From: Candidatus Obscuribacter phosphatis | GTDB lineage: Bacteria; Cyanobacteriota; Vampirovibrionia; Obscuribacterales; Obscuribacteraceae | DNA: 64,000 bases | Direction: 5' to 3' | NCBI GenBank assembly: GCA_017303615.1 | Contig: JAFLCK010000026.1 | Location: 4,357 to 68,356 of the forward strand | Shown here: positions 1 through 10,030 of the stretch, in pieces | How positions within the stretch are numbered: the first letter of the stretch is position 1 | How the letters are laid out: each line of letters begins with the position of its first letter | Position numbers and translations under genes: made by a program | Notes under the pieces: model-generated | What the model was told of the DNA's origin: nothing | The model's input: only the letters and a program-made list of their open reading frames with translations | Databases searched by the model: none

Positions 1-48
1 ACTTTACCTGCTTAGAGCAGGGCATTTTTAGAGCAGGGCAATAAACTG

Positions 49-939
49 ATGGGCACAATGAGTCTTACCAAAGAAACCAACCCCAATGTCGACACCAAGA
101 GCCTCGGAATCATCGCCGGCGAGGGCAAGCTGCCTTCTCTGGTAGCGCAATCCGCCAAAGCTAGGGGGTTTAGTGTTGTTGGTCTGGCTCTATCAGAAGA
201 TGCCCGAGACCTGATCGAACCCCATGCCGACAAGACTTTTCTTATCGCCCCTGGTCAACTTGGGCGCAACCTCGGTCTATTCAAGAAAGAGGGCTGCGGT
301 TGTGCGGTATTTATCGGTAAAGTGCCCAAGCTCAATTTGCTGAGGCAGTTGCACAAACTTGATTGGACAGCTATTCGCGAGCTTTCAAAGTTACCCAATT
401 TCAATGACGACACAATCCAAAATCATATGGGCGATCTCATGGAAGCTATGGGCGTCCAGGTACTCACCCAGCGTGAATTCCTTTCTCATCTCTTTCCCGA
501 GATTGGCTCAATGACCAATCGCCAATTGAGTGCTGAAGACTATGCCGATATCGAGTTCGGCATGGGCGTTGCCCGTGAAATAGCTAGACTGGATATCGGT
601 CAAACTGTTGTGGTGCGAAATCGTATGGTTGTGGCAATTGAAGCCATCGAAGGCACCGACGAGACAATCAGAAGAGCAGTCAAGCTTGCGCGCGGTCCGG
701 TGGTGGTATGCAAAGTGTCCAAGCCCAATCAAGACCAACGCTTTGATGTGCCGACTGTGGGCATGAGTACCCTGCGTTCGATGTTGAAAGAAGACGCAGC
801 CGAAGGTGGTGCTGAGGGCAGTATTTTGGTGGTCGAGGCCAAAGAGACCCTAGTGGTGGACCGCGAAGAAATGATTGCCTTTGCTGAAAAGCACGGTATA
901 GCTATAGTTTCGGCTCCTCTGCCCGAGAAAAGCAAGTAG
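49..939 (+). CDS. lpxI: UDP-2,3-diacylglucosamine pyrophosphatase LpxI (DUF1009 family)
   Basis: N-terminal LGIIAGEGKLP. Central ARLDIGQTVVV...VVAIEAIEGTDETIRRA and KPNQDQRFDVPTVG blocks match the LpxI signature as I recall it from Caulobacter LpxI. Confidence 0.8.
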   Translation: MGTMSLTKETNPNVDTKSLGIIAGEGKLPSLVAQSAKARGFSVVGLALSEDARDLIEPHADKTFLIAPGQLGRNLGLFKKEGCGCAVFIGKVPKLNLLRQLHKLDWTAIRELSKLPNFNDDTIQNHMGDLMEAMGVQVLTQREFLSHLFPEIGSMTNRQLSAEDYADIEFGMGVAREIARLDIGQTVVVRNRMVVAIEAIEGTDETIRRAVKLARGPVVVCKVSKPNQDQRFDVPTVGMSTLRSMLKEDAAEGGAEGSILVVEAKETLVVDREEMIAFAEKHGIAIVSAPLPEKSK

Positions 940-1038
940 CGCATGGGGGAAACCCTGAGTTTGCTTCAGGTTTTGCTGTATTGGCAGCACGGCACGCGCT
1001 AATGGAATATTATGATGTTGTTCAGAGGGGAGACCGCG

Positions 1039-2337
1039 ATGAGCCTTAGTAATCCATTTCTTAGACTTAAGTCGAAATTGCCTTCGACAGTTCAGGCTTC
1101 TTTGTCGCCGCGGTTTTTCGCCCTGCTAGCAGCAACCCTGGCTTTACAGTCACTAAATATGCAGCCTATCTGGGCGCAAAAGTTCGATCCAGCCAAAGAC
1201 CAAGCGCAGCTTCAAGCTAATGACAATAAGCCTAATGCTAAAAAGTCAGAAGGGGCGGCGGCTTCCTCCGCTGCTGCTAAGGGTGATGCTGGCTCTGCTG
1301 CCGTTTCTGATAAAGAAAATACTGCTGAAGAAGATACTGGCAAAAAAGAAGCTCTCAAAGAAAGCTCTGCCAGCGAAAATACAGCCAGCGAAAGCACTCT
1401 TAAAGAAGACCCTCTTGAGGCTCTTGAACGGGCGCAGAAAGAGGAAGATCAGGCTAAGGCAATGCTCAACAATGAGGCTCTGGACCATTACCAGGCTGCT
1501 CAGACCTATATGCGCAATTTCGAATTCGACCTTGCCCAGGTAGAACTCAAGGCTGCCATCAATTGCATACCGACTCTCAAGGCTGCGCACCGTGATTTCG
1601 CCTTGGTCTCACTCTGTCGGGGCGATTTTGGCCGGGCAGTTTCCGAGCTTCTTATTGTGGTTGGCATAGGCGAACCGGTGCCTTTTTCTGAAAATCAGCA
1701 AGAGGCGATCAAAGACGAGGCCATGAAGCAACATTATCGTGCCGGTCTCAAGTTGGCGGCTGATTCAAAATGGAAGGACGCTCTCATCGAGTTTGAATGG
1801 GCTCTTTTTTACAGACCAGAATCTGGCAAAGTCTTGCGCTCTATTGCCTTTGCTCATGCCAGCGAAGGTCATTTCGATGAAGCCGAAAAGTTCTACAGCC
1901 AGAGCTTTTCGCAAGATCCTGAAGACGCATACGGGCATGCCGACTTTGCTTTCTTGTTGGCGGCTAAAGGCAGTGCCGAAAAGGCTGTCGAACAACTTAG
2001 CGAAGCGGTTAAACTGCAACCTAAGGTGGTGGCGCTGCATGTAGATTTGGGCTGGATGGCTGAGTCGAAGAGTGATTTAGTAAAGGCTGAAAGCGAGTTT
2101 CAGGAAGCTGTTAAACTCGCGCCCAAGCAAGCATCGCTTTGGACACATCTGGGCAAAATTCAGGCCCGGCGTGGGGATGCTGAGCAGGCCGCCAAGTCAT
2201 TTGAGCAGGCTCTTGCCCTTGATGCCAGCCAGATGGAGGCACAAAGCGGTCTAGCCGGTGTCAAGCCGGTGCAAGCTGAACCCGCAGCCGTTCCAGCTTC
2301 TGGTCAGGTTTCGGGTGTAGGCAAAGCAAAGCCCTAA
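1039..2337 (+). CDS. Secreted TPR-repeat protein with A/E/K/S-rich low-complexity spacer
   Basis: The ATG at 1039 follows AGGGGAG. Signal-like FFALLAATLALQSLNMQPIWAQ. C-terminal half has 34-aa TPR-type helical repeats (e.g. ASLWTHLGKIQARRGDAEQAAKSFEQALALD). Confidence 0.7.
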   Translation: MSLSNPFLRLKSKLPSTVQASLSPRFFALLAATLALQSLNMQPIWAQKFDPAKDQAQLQANDNKPNAKKSEGAAASSAAAKGDAGSAAVSDKENTAEEDTGKKEALKESSASENTASESTLKEDPLEALERAQKEEDQAKAMLNNEALDHYQAAQTYMRNFEFDLAQVELKAAINCIPTLKAAHRDFALVSLCRGDFGRAVSELLIVVGIGEPVPFSENQQEAIKDEAMKQHYRAGLKLAADSKWKDALIEFEWALFYRPESGKVLRSIAFAHASEGHFDEAEKFYSQSFSQDPEDAYGHADFAFLLAAKGSAEKAVEQLSEAVKLQPKVVALHVDLGWMAESKSDLVKAESEFQEAVKLAPKQASLWTHLGKIQARRGDAEQAAKSFEQALALDASQMEAQSGLAGVKPVQAEPAAVPASGQVSGVGKAKP

Positions 2338-2392
2338 CCATTTGCGTAATTTCACCCATGACAACGGCTTGGCTATTGGTTAGGCTTCCTTT

Positions 2393-3622
2393 ATGGATGC
2401 GGATATTGTTATGGACCAAAGTCGCGAGTCGAAGCCCGTCAAGGCCGGCAATCTCAATGCCGAGTTAAGTCTTGACGCCTACAAACTCTTCAGTGAGTCC
2501 TCTAAGCGTTCTTTGCTCGACAAACCCACCTCTGGCATGCCTCTTTCAGAAAAGGTTGCTCTTGGTGGCGAGATACTCAGTCGGGTGCCCGGCAAGACGA
2601 TGGACCAAATTGCTTTCGACCTTGAGCACAATCAAGGCGCCGTGCTGCAAAGGATGGGCAGTGGCGCCGCCATTGGTTTGGCGGGTACTGCTCTGCTGCG
2701 CTTTGCCCCTCGCTTGGGCTATGTGGGTGGCGCTCTTTTGATGGCTAAGCAAACCTATGACGGCATTAGCGGCTTGGCTGGCTTCTCTCGCGATGCCGAC
2801 CGTTTATCTAGCTCCAATCTTAATCTGGTTCGCCAAGACTTTGTCGAAAAGAAGTCATCGGCTTTGGCTAGTGGCACAGCCAATTTGGTTGAAGGCGCGC
2901 CCGGGCTCATCGGTGGTGGTTACGCAGCCACCAAGCTTTTCGGCACACCGCTTGTATATAGTCGTTCTGCCGCCGTCGTCACTGAGAAAATTGTTGATCC
3001 TATTAGAAACCGTGCGGCTTTTGTCGGACCTGGCACCGAGGCTCTTCCTGCTTCGCTCGGGCGCGCCGACAAAGTTGATTTGCTGGAGATGGCCAAAACC
3101 CTTTCTGCTAGACCTGGTCATGTCTACAACGGTCGGGAAGCCGGTAGTGTTGTCGATCTTGCCGGCATGAGGGTGAGCCGCAGCAAGTACGGCACTGAGA
3201 CCGGTTTGGCTGCCCTACCGGCTCCTAATAAGGCTGAAACGCTGACTTTTCACACCCATCCTTTAGCGAGGGGGGCGCATCCCGGTCCGGAAGATATTGC
3301 CGCCACAAGCCATTTGGGGCTCATTTCATCTGGCTCGCAGTATGGGCTTTTCCTCGGAGAGAGAGGACAGATGCTCAAGCTTCTTAAGTCTGGTCAGACT
3401 GCTGAACACAGCCCCACTCTGCGCGCCCTTCTTTTTGATGAAAAGACTGGCACTGCCACTCGCCTCTTAGGCACCTGGAATAAAGCTGACCGGCACTGGG
3501 TTTTGACTGAGAGAAGTGGTCTCAATTACGAAAAGACGATAGAAGCTTTACGAAATCTTGATACCCGAAATAGCGAAAAAGTCTGGGAATTAATCACCAG
3601 GTTGCCTGCTGACAAGTCTTGA
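2393..3622 (+). CDS. Hypothetical protein: Gly/Ala-rich hydrophobic N-terminal half, RadC/JAB-like HxHP...DIxxT motif in C-terminal half
   Basis: Long ORF. FHTHPLARGAHPGPEDIAAT at aa 286-305 resembles the JAB/MPN metal-binding motif. Confidence 0.6.
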   Translation: MDADIVMDQSRESKPVKAGNLNAELSLDAYKLFSESSKRSLLDKPTSGMPLSEKVALGGEILSRVPGKTMDQIAFDLEHNQGAVLQRMGSGAAIGLAGTALLRFAPRLGYVGGALLMAKQTYDGISGLAGFSRDADRLSSSNLNLVRQDFVEKKSSALASGTANLVEGAPGLIGGGYAATKLFGTPLVYSRSAAVVTEKIVDPIRNRAAFVGPGTEALPASLGRADKVDLLEMAKTLSARPGHVYNGREAGSVVDLAGMRVSRSKYGTETGLAALPAPNKAETLTFHTHPLARGAHPGPEDIAATSHLGLISSGSQYGLFLGERGQMLKLLKSGQTAEHSPTLRALLFDEKTGTATRLLGTWNKADRHWVLTERSGLNYEKTIEALRNLDTRNSEKVWELITRLPADKS

Positions 3623-3750
3623 GGCGCATAGATAGCCACTTTTGCCAAAGCCAGCCTACTGTTGCGCCAAAGTTACTAAAAACGGCGCTCTAATAGTCTT
3701 TTGGGCACTTTCGATTATCATTAGACTTTGGCTCTTGCGGGAGAGTATAT

Positions 3751-4182
3751 ATGACAGTGCAGGCTGGACTTAAGGCCCACACCAAGTATCTCTGGTTTGA
3801 TACTAAAAAGCGTCGCGAATATATAAGAATCACCGATGAAGTGGCCAAGTTCCTGCAAGAAACCGGCATGCAAGAAGGCTTCATTCTTGTCTCTGCCATG
3901 CACATCACCGCCGGCGTTTATATCAATGACTGGGAAGGCGGATTGATTCAAGATATTGATGCTTGGCTAGAGAAACTCGCTCCGGAAGACCCTTCTTATC
4001 TGCATCATCGGACCGGTGAAGATAATGGTGATGCTCATTTGAAGCGGATTTTGATCAACCATCAGGTCACCGTTCCGGTTACTGCAGGCAAGCTTGACCT
4101 GGGGCCTTGGGAACAGATTTTTTATGCCGAGTTTGATGGACAAAGGCGCAAACGCGTCATTTTGAAAGCGTTAGGAATCTGA
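3751..4182 (+). CDS. YjbQ/UPF0047 family protein (secondary thiamine-phosphate synthase-like)
   Basis: 143 aa. Family-typical [26 protein letters not shown] and [14 protein letters not shown] blocks. GGGAGAG RBS lies upstream. Confidence 0.85.
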   Translation: MTVQAGLKAHTKYLWFDTKKRREYIRITDEVAKFLQETGMQEGFILVSAMHITAGVYINDWEGGLIQDIDAWLEKLAPEDPSYLHHRTGEDNGDAHLKRILINHQVTVPVTAGKLDLGPWEQIFYAEFDGQRRKRVILKALGI

Positions 4183-4251
4183 TTTTATTGAGTTTAGAAG
4201 TTGAAGATTTACAGATGTGCTGATGTGCCGACCTATTTAGGAGATATTTAG

Positions 4252-6513
4252 ATGACAGTTAAAGATAGAGGAATGGTAATGAAACGAGGCGTTAATGCCG
4301 ATAGAGGAGCAAATCTCCGTGCCGATGCTCTCAAGGCTGTGCAGAGCCGGACTCCGGTGCACACTGGCATTGATTACACTGAGACATCGGTATCTGATAT
4401 TTTTGCCCAGAACGTGTTTAATCGCGCCACCATGCGTGCCGTACTGCCCAAGAACGTATACAAGGCTGTGATTCGCTGCCTCGACCATGGCGAGCAACTC
4501 GATGCCTCAATGGCTGATATCGTCGCCAACGCCATGAAAGACTGGGCCATTTCGCGCGGCGCTACACACTTTACCCATTGGTTCCAACCCATGACCGGTT
4601 TGACTGCCGAGAAGCATGATGCCTTCTTGGTTTTCAGCGGTGAAGAAGGTCAACCTAATCTGGAATTTTCAGGCAAGCTTCTCATTCAAGGTGAGCCCGA
4701 TGCGTCCAGCTTCCCGTCAGGCGGCATTCGTTCTACATTCGAAGCTCGCGGTTATACCGGTTGGGATCCCACCAGTCCAGCTTTCTTGATGGAGAGTGTG
4801 AACGGTAAGACACTTTGTATTCCAACTGTTTTCTGTTCTTATTCCGGACATGCCCTCGATAAGAAAACGCCTCTATTGCGTTCGATGGAAGCCATTTCAA
4901 AACAAGCTGTCAGACTGCTCAATCTGCTCGGTAATGATTCTAAACGAGTCACCTGCACGGTTGGCGCTGAACAAGAATATTTCTTGATTGATGATGCTTA
5001 TTATCTGGCCCGCCCCGATATCATCAATTCCGGTCGCGCCCTCTTTGGTGCTAGACCGCCCAAGGGTCAAGAAATGGAAGACCATTATTGGGGTTCAATC
5101 AAAGAGCGCGTGCTCGCCTTTATGATGGACACTGAAGCTGAACTCTATAAACTTGGCGTGCCTGTCAAAACAAGACACAACGAAGTTGCGCCGGCGCAGT
5201 TTGAAGTGGCGCCTGTATTTGAAACAAGCAATTTGGCTACCGACCACAATATGCTGCTTATGGAAGTCTTCCGTAATACCGCTCGCAAGCATGGTTTGCG
5301 CTGTCTCTTCCACGAGAAGCCCTTCAGCGGCGTGAACGGCAGCGGTAAGCACAATAACTGGTCTATGGCTGACGAGCGCGGCAATAACCTGCTTGACCCC
5401 GGACATACACCGCAAGACAATCAACAGTTTGTGACTGTTTTGACCGCTGTAATTCGCGCCGTAAACAAGTATGGACATCTGCTCAGAGCTTCTATCGCTT
5501 TTGCCGGTAACGATCACCGCCTAGGCGCCAACGAAGCTCCGCCAGCCATCATGAGCATCTATCTCGGTGATAAGTTGACCCAGGTTGTGGAAGCCTTGAT
5601 AAGCGGTAAAAAAGAGATATCGGTGCAGTCGGGAACCTTGCAGTTCGGCGTTACCTCTTTGCCTGAGTTGCCTCGTGACGATTCGGACAGAAACAGAACC
5701 TCGCCCTTTGCCTTCACCGGCAACAAGTTCGAGTTTAGAGCCGTAGGATCTAGCCAGTCGATTGCTTGGCCCAATGCCGTGCTCAATACCATTGTTGCTG
5801 AATCACTCGATTATGTTGCTAGCGAGATCGAGAAATTGGTCAAGTCTGGCACCGATCTTGGTGTTGCCGTTGAGAAAGTTGTGCGTGAAACCCTGAGCGA
5901 GAACAAACGCATTCTCTTTAACGGTGACAACTATAGCCGTGAATGGCATGAAGAAGCTGAAAGACGCGGCTTGCCCAATCTCAAGACCACACCCGAGGCT
6001 CTGCCTTGCCTGGTCGATAAAGAAACTTTGGCTCTCTTCAAAAAGTACGAAGTGCTTGAGAATGAAGAACTGGTCAGCCGCTATCACATCAACCTCGAGG
6101 CCTATTGCAAGACAGTAAATATCGAGTCATTGCTTACAGCAAATATGGCTCGAACAATGATCTTGCCAGCCGCTCTTGATTATCAGCAGAAAGTGGCTCA
6201 GACCATCGCCACCACCCGTGCTGCAGTTAATGGCGTCAATCTTTCAACTCAAGAGCATCTGCTCAAAGAGCTTTGTGAAAAGATCTGCAGTCTGCAGTCG
6301 GCTATTGATAAACTCGAATCAATGGTCAAAGAGGCTCACCATGAAGAATCAGGCGACCACGAAGCCGAGAATCTCAATCGGGCTCGTTTCTTCGAGCAGA
6401 AGGTGATACCAGCCATGAATGCAGTCAGGGCTTTTGCCGATGAGTTGGAGTTGATTGTTGATGATTCACTCTGGCCTCTGCCCAAATTCAGAGAGATGCT
6501 TTACGTCTACTAA
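4252..6513 (+). CDS. glnN: Glutamine synthetase type III
   Basis: About 750 aa, the size typical of GSIII. HWFQPMTG, EQEYFLID, NEVAPAQFE and NGSGKHNNWS blocks. AGGAG RBS 8 nt upstream. Confidence 0.9.
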   Translation: MTVKDRGMVMKRGVNADRGANLRADALKAVQSRTPVHTGIDYTETSVSDIFAQNVFNRATMRAVLPKNVYKAVIRCLDHGEQLDASMADIVANAMKDWAISRGATHFTHWFQPMTGLTAEKHDAFLVFSGEEGQPNLEFSGKLLIQGEPDASSFPSGGIRSTFEARGYTGWDPTSPAFLMESVNGKTLCIPTVFCSYSGHALDKKTPLLRSMEAISKQAVRLLNLLGNDSKRVTCTVGAEQEYFLIDDAYYLARPDIINSGRALFGARPPKGQEMEDHYWGSIKERVLAFMMDTEAELYKLGVPVKTRHNEVAPAQFEVAPVFETSNLATDHNMLLMEVFRNTARKHGLRCLFHEKPFSGVNGSGKHNNWSMADERGNNLLDPGHTPQDNQQFVTVLTAVIRAVNKYGHLLRASIAFAGNDHRLGANEAPPAIMSIYLGDKLTQVVEALISGKKEISVQSGTLQFGVTSLPELPRDDSDRNRTSPFAFTGNKFEFRAVGSSQSIAWPNAVLNTIVAESLDYVASEIEKLVKSGTDLGVAVEKVVRETLSENKRILFNGDNYSREWHEEAERRGLPNLKTTPEALPCLVDKETLALFKKYEVLENEELVSRYHINLEAYCKTVNIESLLTANMARTMILPAALDYQQKVAQTIATTRAAVNGVNLSTQEHLLKELCEKICSLQSAIDKLESMVKEAHHEESGDHEAENLNRARFFEQKVIPAMNAVRAFADELELIVDDSLWPLPKFREMLYVY

Positions 6514-6582
6514 GCAAGAGTTCAAGGAACTCTAGATAAGTAGGTTCAAGCCAACTACGCTATAGCAATCTATGCTCTAGAA

Positions 6583-6615
6583 GGAAGAGGGGTATTGCTC
6601 CTCTTCCTTTCTTTG
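6583..6615 (+). terminator. Rho-independent terminator after glnN
   Basis: GGAAGAGGGG / loop TATTG / CTCCTCTTCC hairpin (6583-6607) followed by a T-rich tract. Confidence 0.75.
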
Positions 6616-6671
6616 TTTGTTTGTTTGTTTGTTTGTCTGTTTGTTTGTTTCTTTCTTTCTTTCTTTCTTTC
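6608..6671. repeat. Compound tetranucleotide microsatellite (TTTG)n-(TTTC)n
   Basis: Direct reading: about 9 TTTG/TCTG units followed by about 6 TTTC units. Confidence 0.95.
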
Positions 6672-6810
6672 AAAAATTCGTCAACCTTCCAGCTCTCAAG
6701 GCTTTTGAGTCTTTGAGCGTCTTATAAAATCGTGGGGACTTTCTGATAAGCACTGCCTGTGGTATCGTGTCTTTAAGATAGATTCTTGGGGCTAGTGACA
6801 AAGCAGGCTA

Positions 6811-9800
6811 ATGACTGATAATTTGCAGACCGGCGGCAGCTCTGGTTCAGAGCAGTTAGGGGGACAACCCCTTAAGGCTGTTGATGCTGTTGAGCAGTCT
6901 CTGGATGGTTTGGATTCTCCGAAGAACTCGGCTCAATTAAGGTCAAGCCAGGCAGGATTATTTAAGCCCGAGCCTCAGTCCCAGATTCAGAATGAAAACT
7001 CGGCGCCTGAGCAGAATGCACTTGTACCGGCTATACCGGAAGGTTTTGTATTGCCTCCGCCGGCTCCGAGACCTCCTGCTTTAGCCAAAGCTCGATCAGA
7101 TATAGCTAAATCTCAAACTGGGCTAGCTAAACGACAATCTGGTTCGCCCGATGCTGCAAATCTTTTTTCCGAAGCCGGCGATGCCTGTGCTGTAAAGCTT
7201 TCTGATGCCGATGCTGAAAAGATGGGTATATCAAAAGAAGTTTCTGTTGATAGTCCGGGAGGGAGTTCTTTAGTGGGGGCTGCCGGTAGTTCAGTAGAGA
7301 GTTTTGTCTCACCTCGGCAGAAAGTCAGCACTGTTAAGCAAACGGCGCTGGAGCCGCCATCATCCAGCTCTGGACGGGTCTATTTGGCGGGACAGGCTTT
7401 GCCCTCTCCTGAACTGCCCGAAGTCGACAAAACTTTTGTTTCGATCGAAATCAATCTTGGCAATTTGGAAACCAGCCGTATGGGGAACCTCTCTGATAGC
7501 GTCGATTCTCATGAGAAGCTCTCTCCCTCCGGAGAGAGAGTGCCTGCTTCGCCGGGCGCCATCGCCGGTCCTAGCCAGGATGAGCCGGACGAACTAGTCG
7601 GTACCAACTATCTTGGAAAATACGATTTGCTAGGGGTCCTAGGCGCCGGCGGTATGGGCGTCATCTATCAAGCGCGCCAGGTCTTTCTTGATCGAATCGT
7701 CGCCATCAAGATGATGAAGAACAAGTTTGCCTCGCCCAAAGCACGCTTGCGTTTTCACCAAGAAGCTAAAGCCGCAGCTTCTCTTGATCATCCAGGCATA
7801 GTTGCTATCAATGACTTTGGTATCGATAGCGAAGAACGCCCCTATATGGTCATGGAGTACGTAGAAGGTCTTACGCTTGCCGACTTGGTCAAGAATTCTC
7901 AGGGCTCGGTGCTTAAGGTAGAAGAAGCCTTGCCGATTTTTATCTCTATGCTTGAGCCTCTGGCACTAGCACATAGCCATGGCGTCGTGCACCGCGACAT
8001 CAAGCCAAGCAACGTTATGCTGGCGGTCAAGCCGACCGGAGGGGTGCAGGTCAAATTACTCGACTTTGGCATCGCCAAGCTGCGTGATATCGACGACAAT
8101 ACCATTCAAGATTTGACTCGTACCGGTGAGGCTCTCGGTACGCCGCTCTATATGAGCCCCGAACAAATTCGCAGCGTTAGAGTCGATAACCGTTCTGATC
8201 TCTATTCTTTTGGCTGTGTTATGTACATGTGCTTGACTGGGGCACCGCCTTTTGTGGGCGAAAACAAGCTTGTCACCATGGACAAGCATCTTTCCGAGAA
8301 ACCCTTGAGCTTGCGTGAGGCTTCTCTTGGTCTCAACTTTCCTGCCGAGTTGGAAGCTTGTGTTTTGCGCTGCATGGCTAAAGAACCTGAGGACCGCTAT
8401 CAGTCAGCACAGGAATTAAGGCAGGATTTGATTGCCATAGCCTGCCAACTCGGGGTGATGACTTTGCCACCGGGAGTGGTGGCGCCGCGATTGGGCGAGC
8501 AAGTCTCGATACAGATTAGCCAGCTCACTTCACCGCCGCTTTCTACGGCTCTTTCGCAGATGGTTACTGAGCTTACATCTATATCTTTGGCAGGGCTTGA
8601 TTTCGATCCGGTCCCCCAATCAAAAAGTGTTACCGGGCAGTACTATTCCGAACCCTCTATTTATTTGCCGGTGCCGGCTTCTCAAGCCCTAAATCAAAAC
8701 CTAAATCAAACCCATGGATCTCGCTTACCGGCGCCGGTCGAGGGGGGCTATGGACGCTACGCCGAGCAAGTTGGTTCAGTGCAGTCTGTATCGGGGCAGG
8801 CGGGCTCCAGATCTGACGATGATGTAGTCGAGGTGGCTCTGGTCAAGACAAATAGAACCGGTCTGGTTCTGATTGTTGCGGCAGCGGCAATATTTTGTCT
8901 GGTCGGATTGGCTGCGGTTATCTTCTTAGTGCAGCATTTTTCTAGTCCTCAACCTAGTGCCAAAAGCATCGAGCCTGCGCCGGCGCCTGTGGTTAAGCGG
9001 GTCATCGATATCGACAGCGAAAAGGCCATAGAAGACCATACCGCCGATGACGATATTGCCTTCAAGATTAAACGTAATCCTAATCTGACGTACCTTCGCA
9101 TGAAGGATAAGGTGACCGATCGCGGACTCTCTTACCTTTCCAAGAGCGCCATGCTCAGTCAACTTTTCTTGGTAGACTCTGAATTCAGTCCGTCTGGGCT
9201 CGCCAGCGTCCCTAGCGCTAGTCTCTCTATGCTTAGCCTGAAGAATTGCAACATCGATGATTCTTATACCAAGGTGCTCGCCGGCTTCAAGAATCTGAAG
9301 AGTTTGTATTTGTTTGATAATCCAGGATTTTCAGACGCCAGTGTCGAGCCCCTTACCAAGCTTGAGTTTATTGAAGGTTTGGACTATTCGGGAACTGGTG
9401 TCAGTGGAAAGAGTCTAAAGTACTTTGTTCGCTATAAGAAGTTGTGGGCTTTGCAGTTGACCCGCTTGAAGCTCGATGACGAATCGATTGCAGACCTGGC
9501 TAAATGTCGTTTGCTGCGCATTCTGGGAATGGCTCGCTCCGGTTTGACCGACAAGTCGGCTCAGTCATTTTCGAAGCTTTCTGGATTGCCTTCGCTAGCT
9601 AATCTAAATCTGGCTGGTAATGAGCTCGGGGATAGCGTAGTCGAAGTTCTTTCTAAGTATCCTAGCCTTAGTACCCTAGACCTTTCAGAGACAAAGGTTA
9701 GTGCCAGAGGGTTGGCAAAACTGGTCGGCTTGTCTAGTTTGAAAGCATTGCATCTTTATGGCTGCAGGCTTTCCCCTGCCGAGATTGAGTCTTTCAGAAA

Positions 9801-9858
9801 GGCTCGGCCTGATGTCCGGGTTACTGAACAGCCAGTGCCGGTCAGCTCAGATTTCTGA
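6811..9858 (+). CDS. Membrane Ser/Thr protein kinase with disordered N-terminus and C-terminal leucine-rich-repeat domain
   Basis: Hanks motifs GAGGMGVIY, VAIK, HRDIKPSNVM, DFGIAK, GTPLYMSPE. TM helix LVLIVAAAAIFCLVGLAAVIFLV. About 270 aa of LxxLxL repeats follow at the C-terminus. Confidence 0.9.
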   Translation: MTDNLQTGGSSGSEQLGGQPLKAVDAVEQSLDGLDSPKNSAQLRSSQAGLFKPEPQSQIQNENSAPEQNALVPAIPEGFVLPPPAPRPPALAKARSDIAKSQTGLAKRQSGSPDAANLFSEAGDACAVKLSDADAEKMGISKEVSVDSPGGSSLVGAAGSSVESFVSPRQKVSTVKQTALEPPSSSSGRVYLAGQALPSPELPEVDKTFVSIEINLGNLETSRMGNLSDSVDSHEKLSPSGERVPASPGAIAGPSQDEPDELVGTNYLGKYDLLGVLGAGGMGVIYQARQVFLDRIVAIKMMKNKFASPKARLRFHQEAKAAASLDHPGIVAINDFGIDSEERPYMVMEYVEGLTLADLVKNSQGSVLKVEEALPIFISMLEPLALAHSHGVVHRDIKPSNVMLAVKPTGGVQVKLLDFGIAKLRDIDDNTIQDLTRTGEALGTPLYMSPEQIRSVRVDNRSDLYSFGCVMYMCLTGAPPFVGENKLVTMDKHLSEKPLSLREASLGLNFPAELEACVLRCMAKEPEDRYQSAQELRQDLIAIACQLGVMTLPPGVVAPRLGEQVSIQISQLTSPPLSTALSQMVTELTSISLAGLDFDPVPQSKSVTGQYYSEPSIYLPVPASQALNQNLNQTHGSRLPAPVEGGYGRYAEQVGSVQSVSGQAGSRSDDDVVEVALVKTNRTGLVLIVAAAAIFCLVGLAAVIFLVQHFSSPQPSAKSIEPAPAPVVKRVIDIDSEKAIEDHTADDDIAFKIKRNPNLTYLRMKDKVTDRGLSYLSKSAMLSQLFLVDSEFSPSGLASVPSASLSMLSLKNCNIDDSYTKVLAGFKNLKSLYLFDNPGFSDASVEPLTKLEFIEGLDYSGTGVSGKSLKYFVRYKKLWALQLTRLKLDDESIADLAKCRLLRILGMARSGLTDKSAQSFSKLSGLPSLANLNLAGNELGDSVVEVLSKYPSLSTLDLSETKVSARGLAKLVGLSSLKALHLYGCRLSPAEIESFRKARPDVRVTEQPVPVSSDF

Positions 9859-10030
9859 AGCCAATGCCGCTCGCTTAAGTTTCTAAAAGCCTGCAGAGGC
9901 AACTGTAGCCGAAACGATTAGTTCTTATCAAATCTGTGTATGAATTAGGTGGTTTCACGGTTTTGCATTTATCAGCCGCTAGCTTGCCGCAGGAGACTTC
10001 TCGATACCCGAGAAGGGCACAAACATTCAG

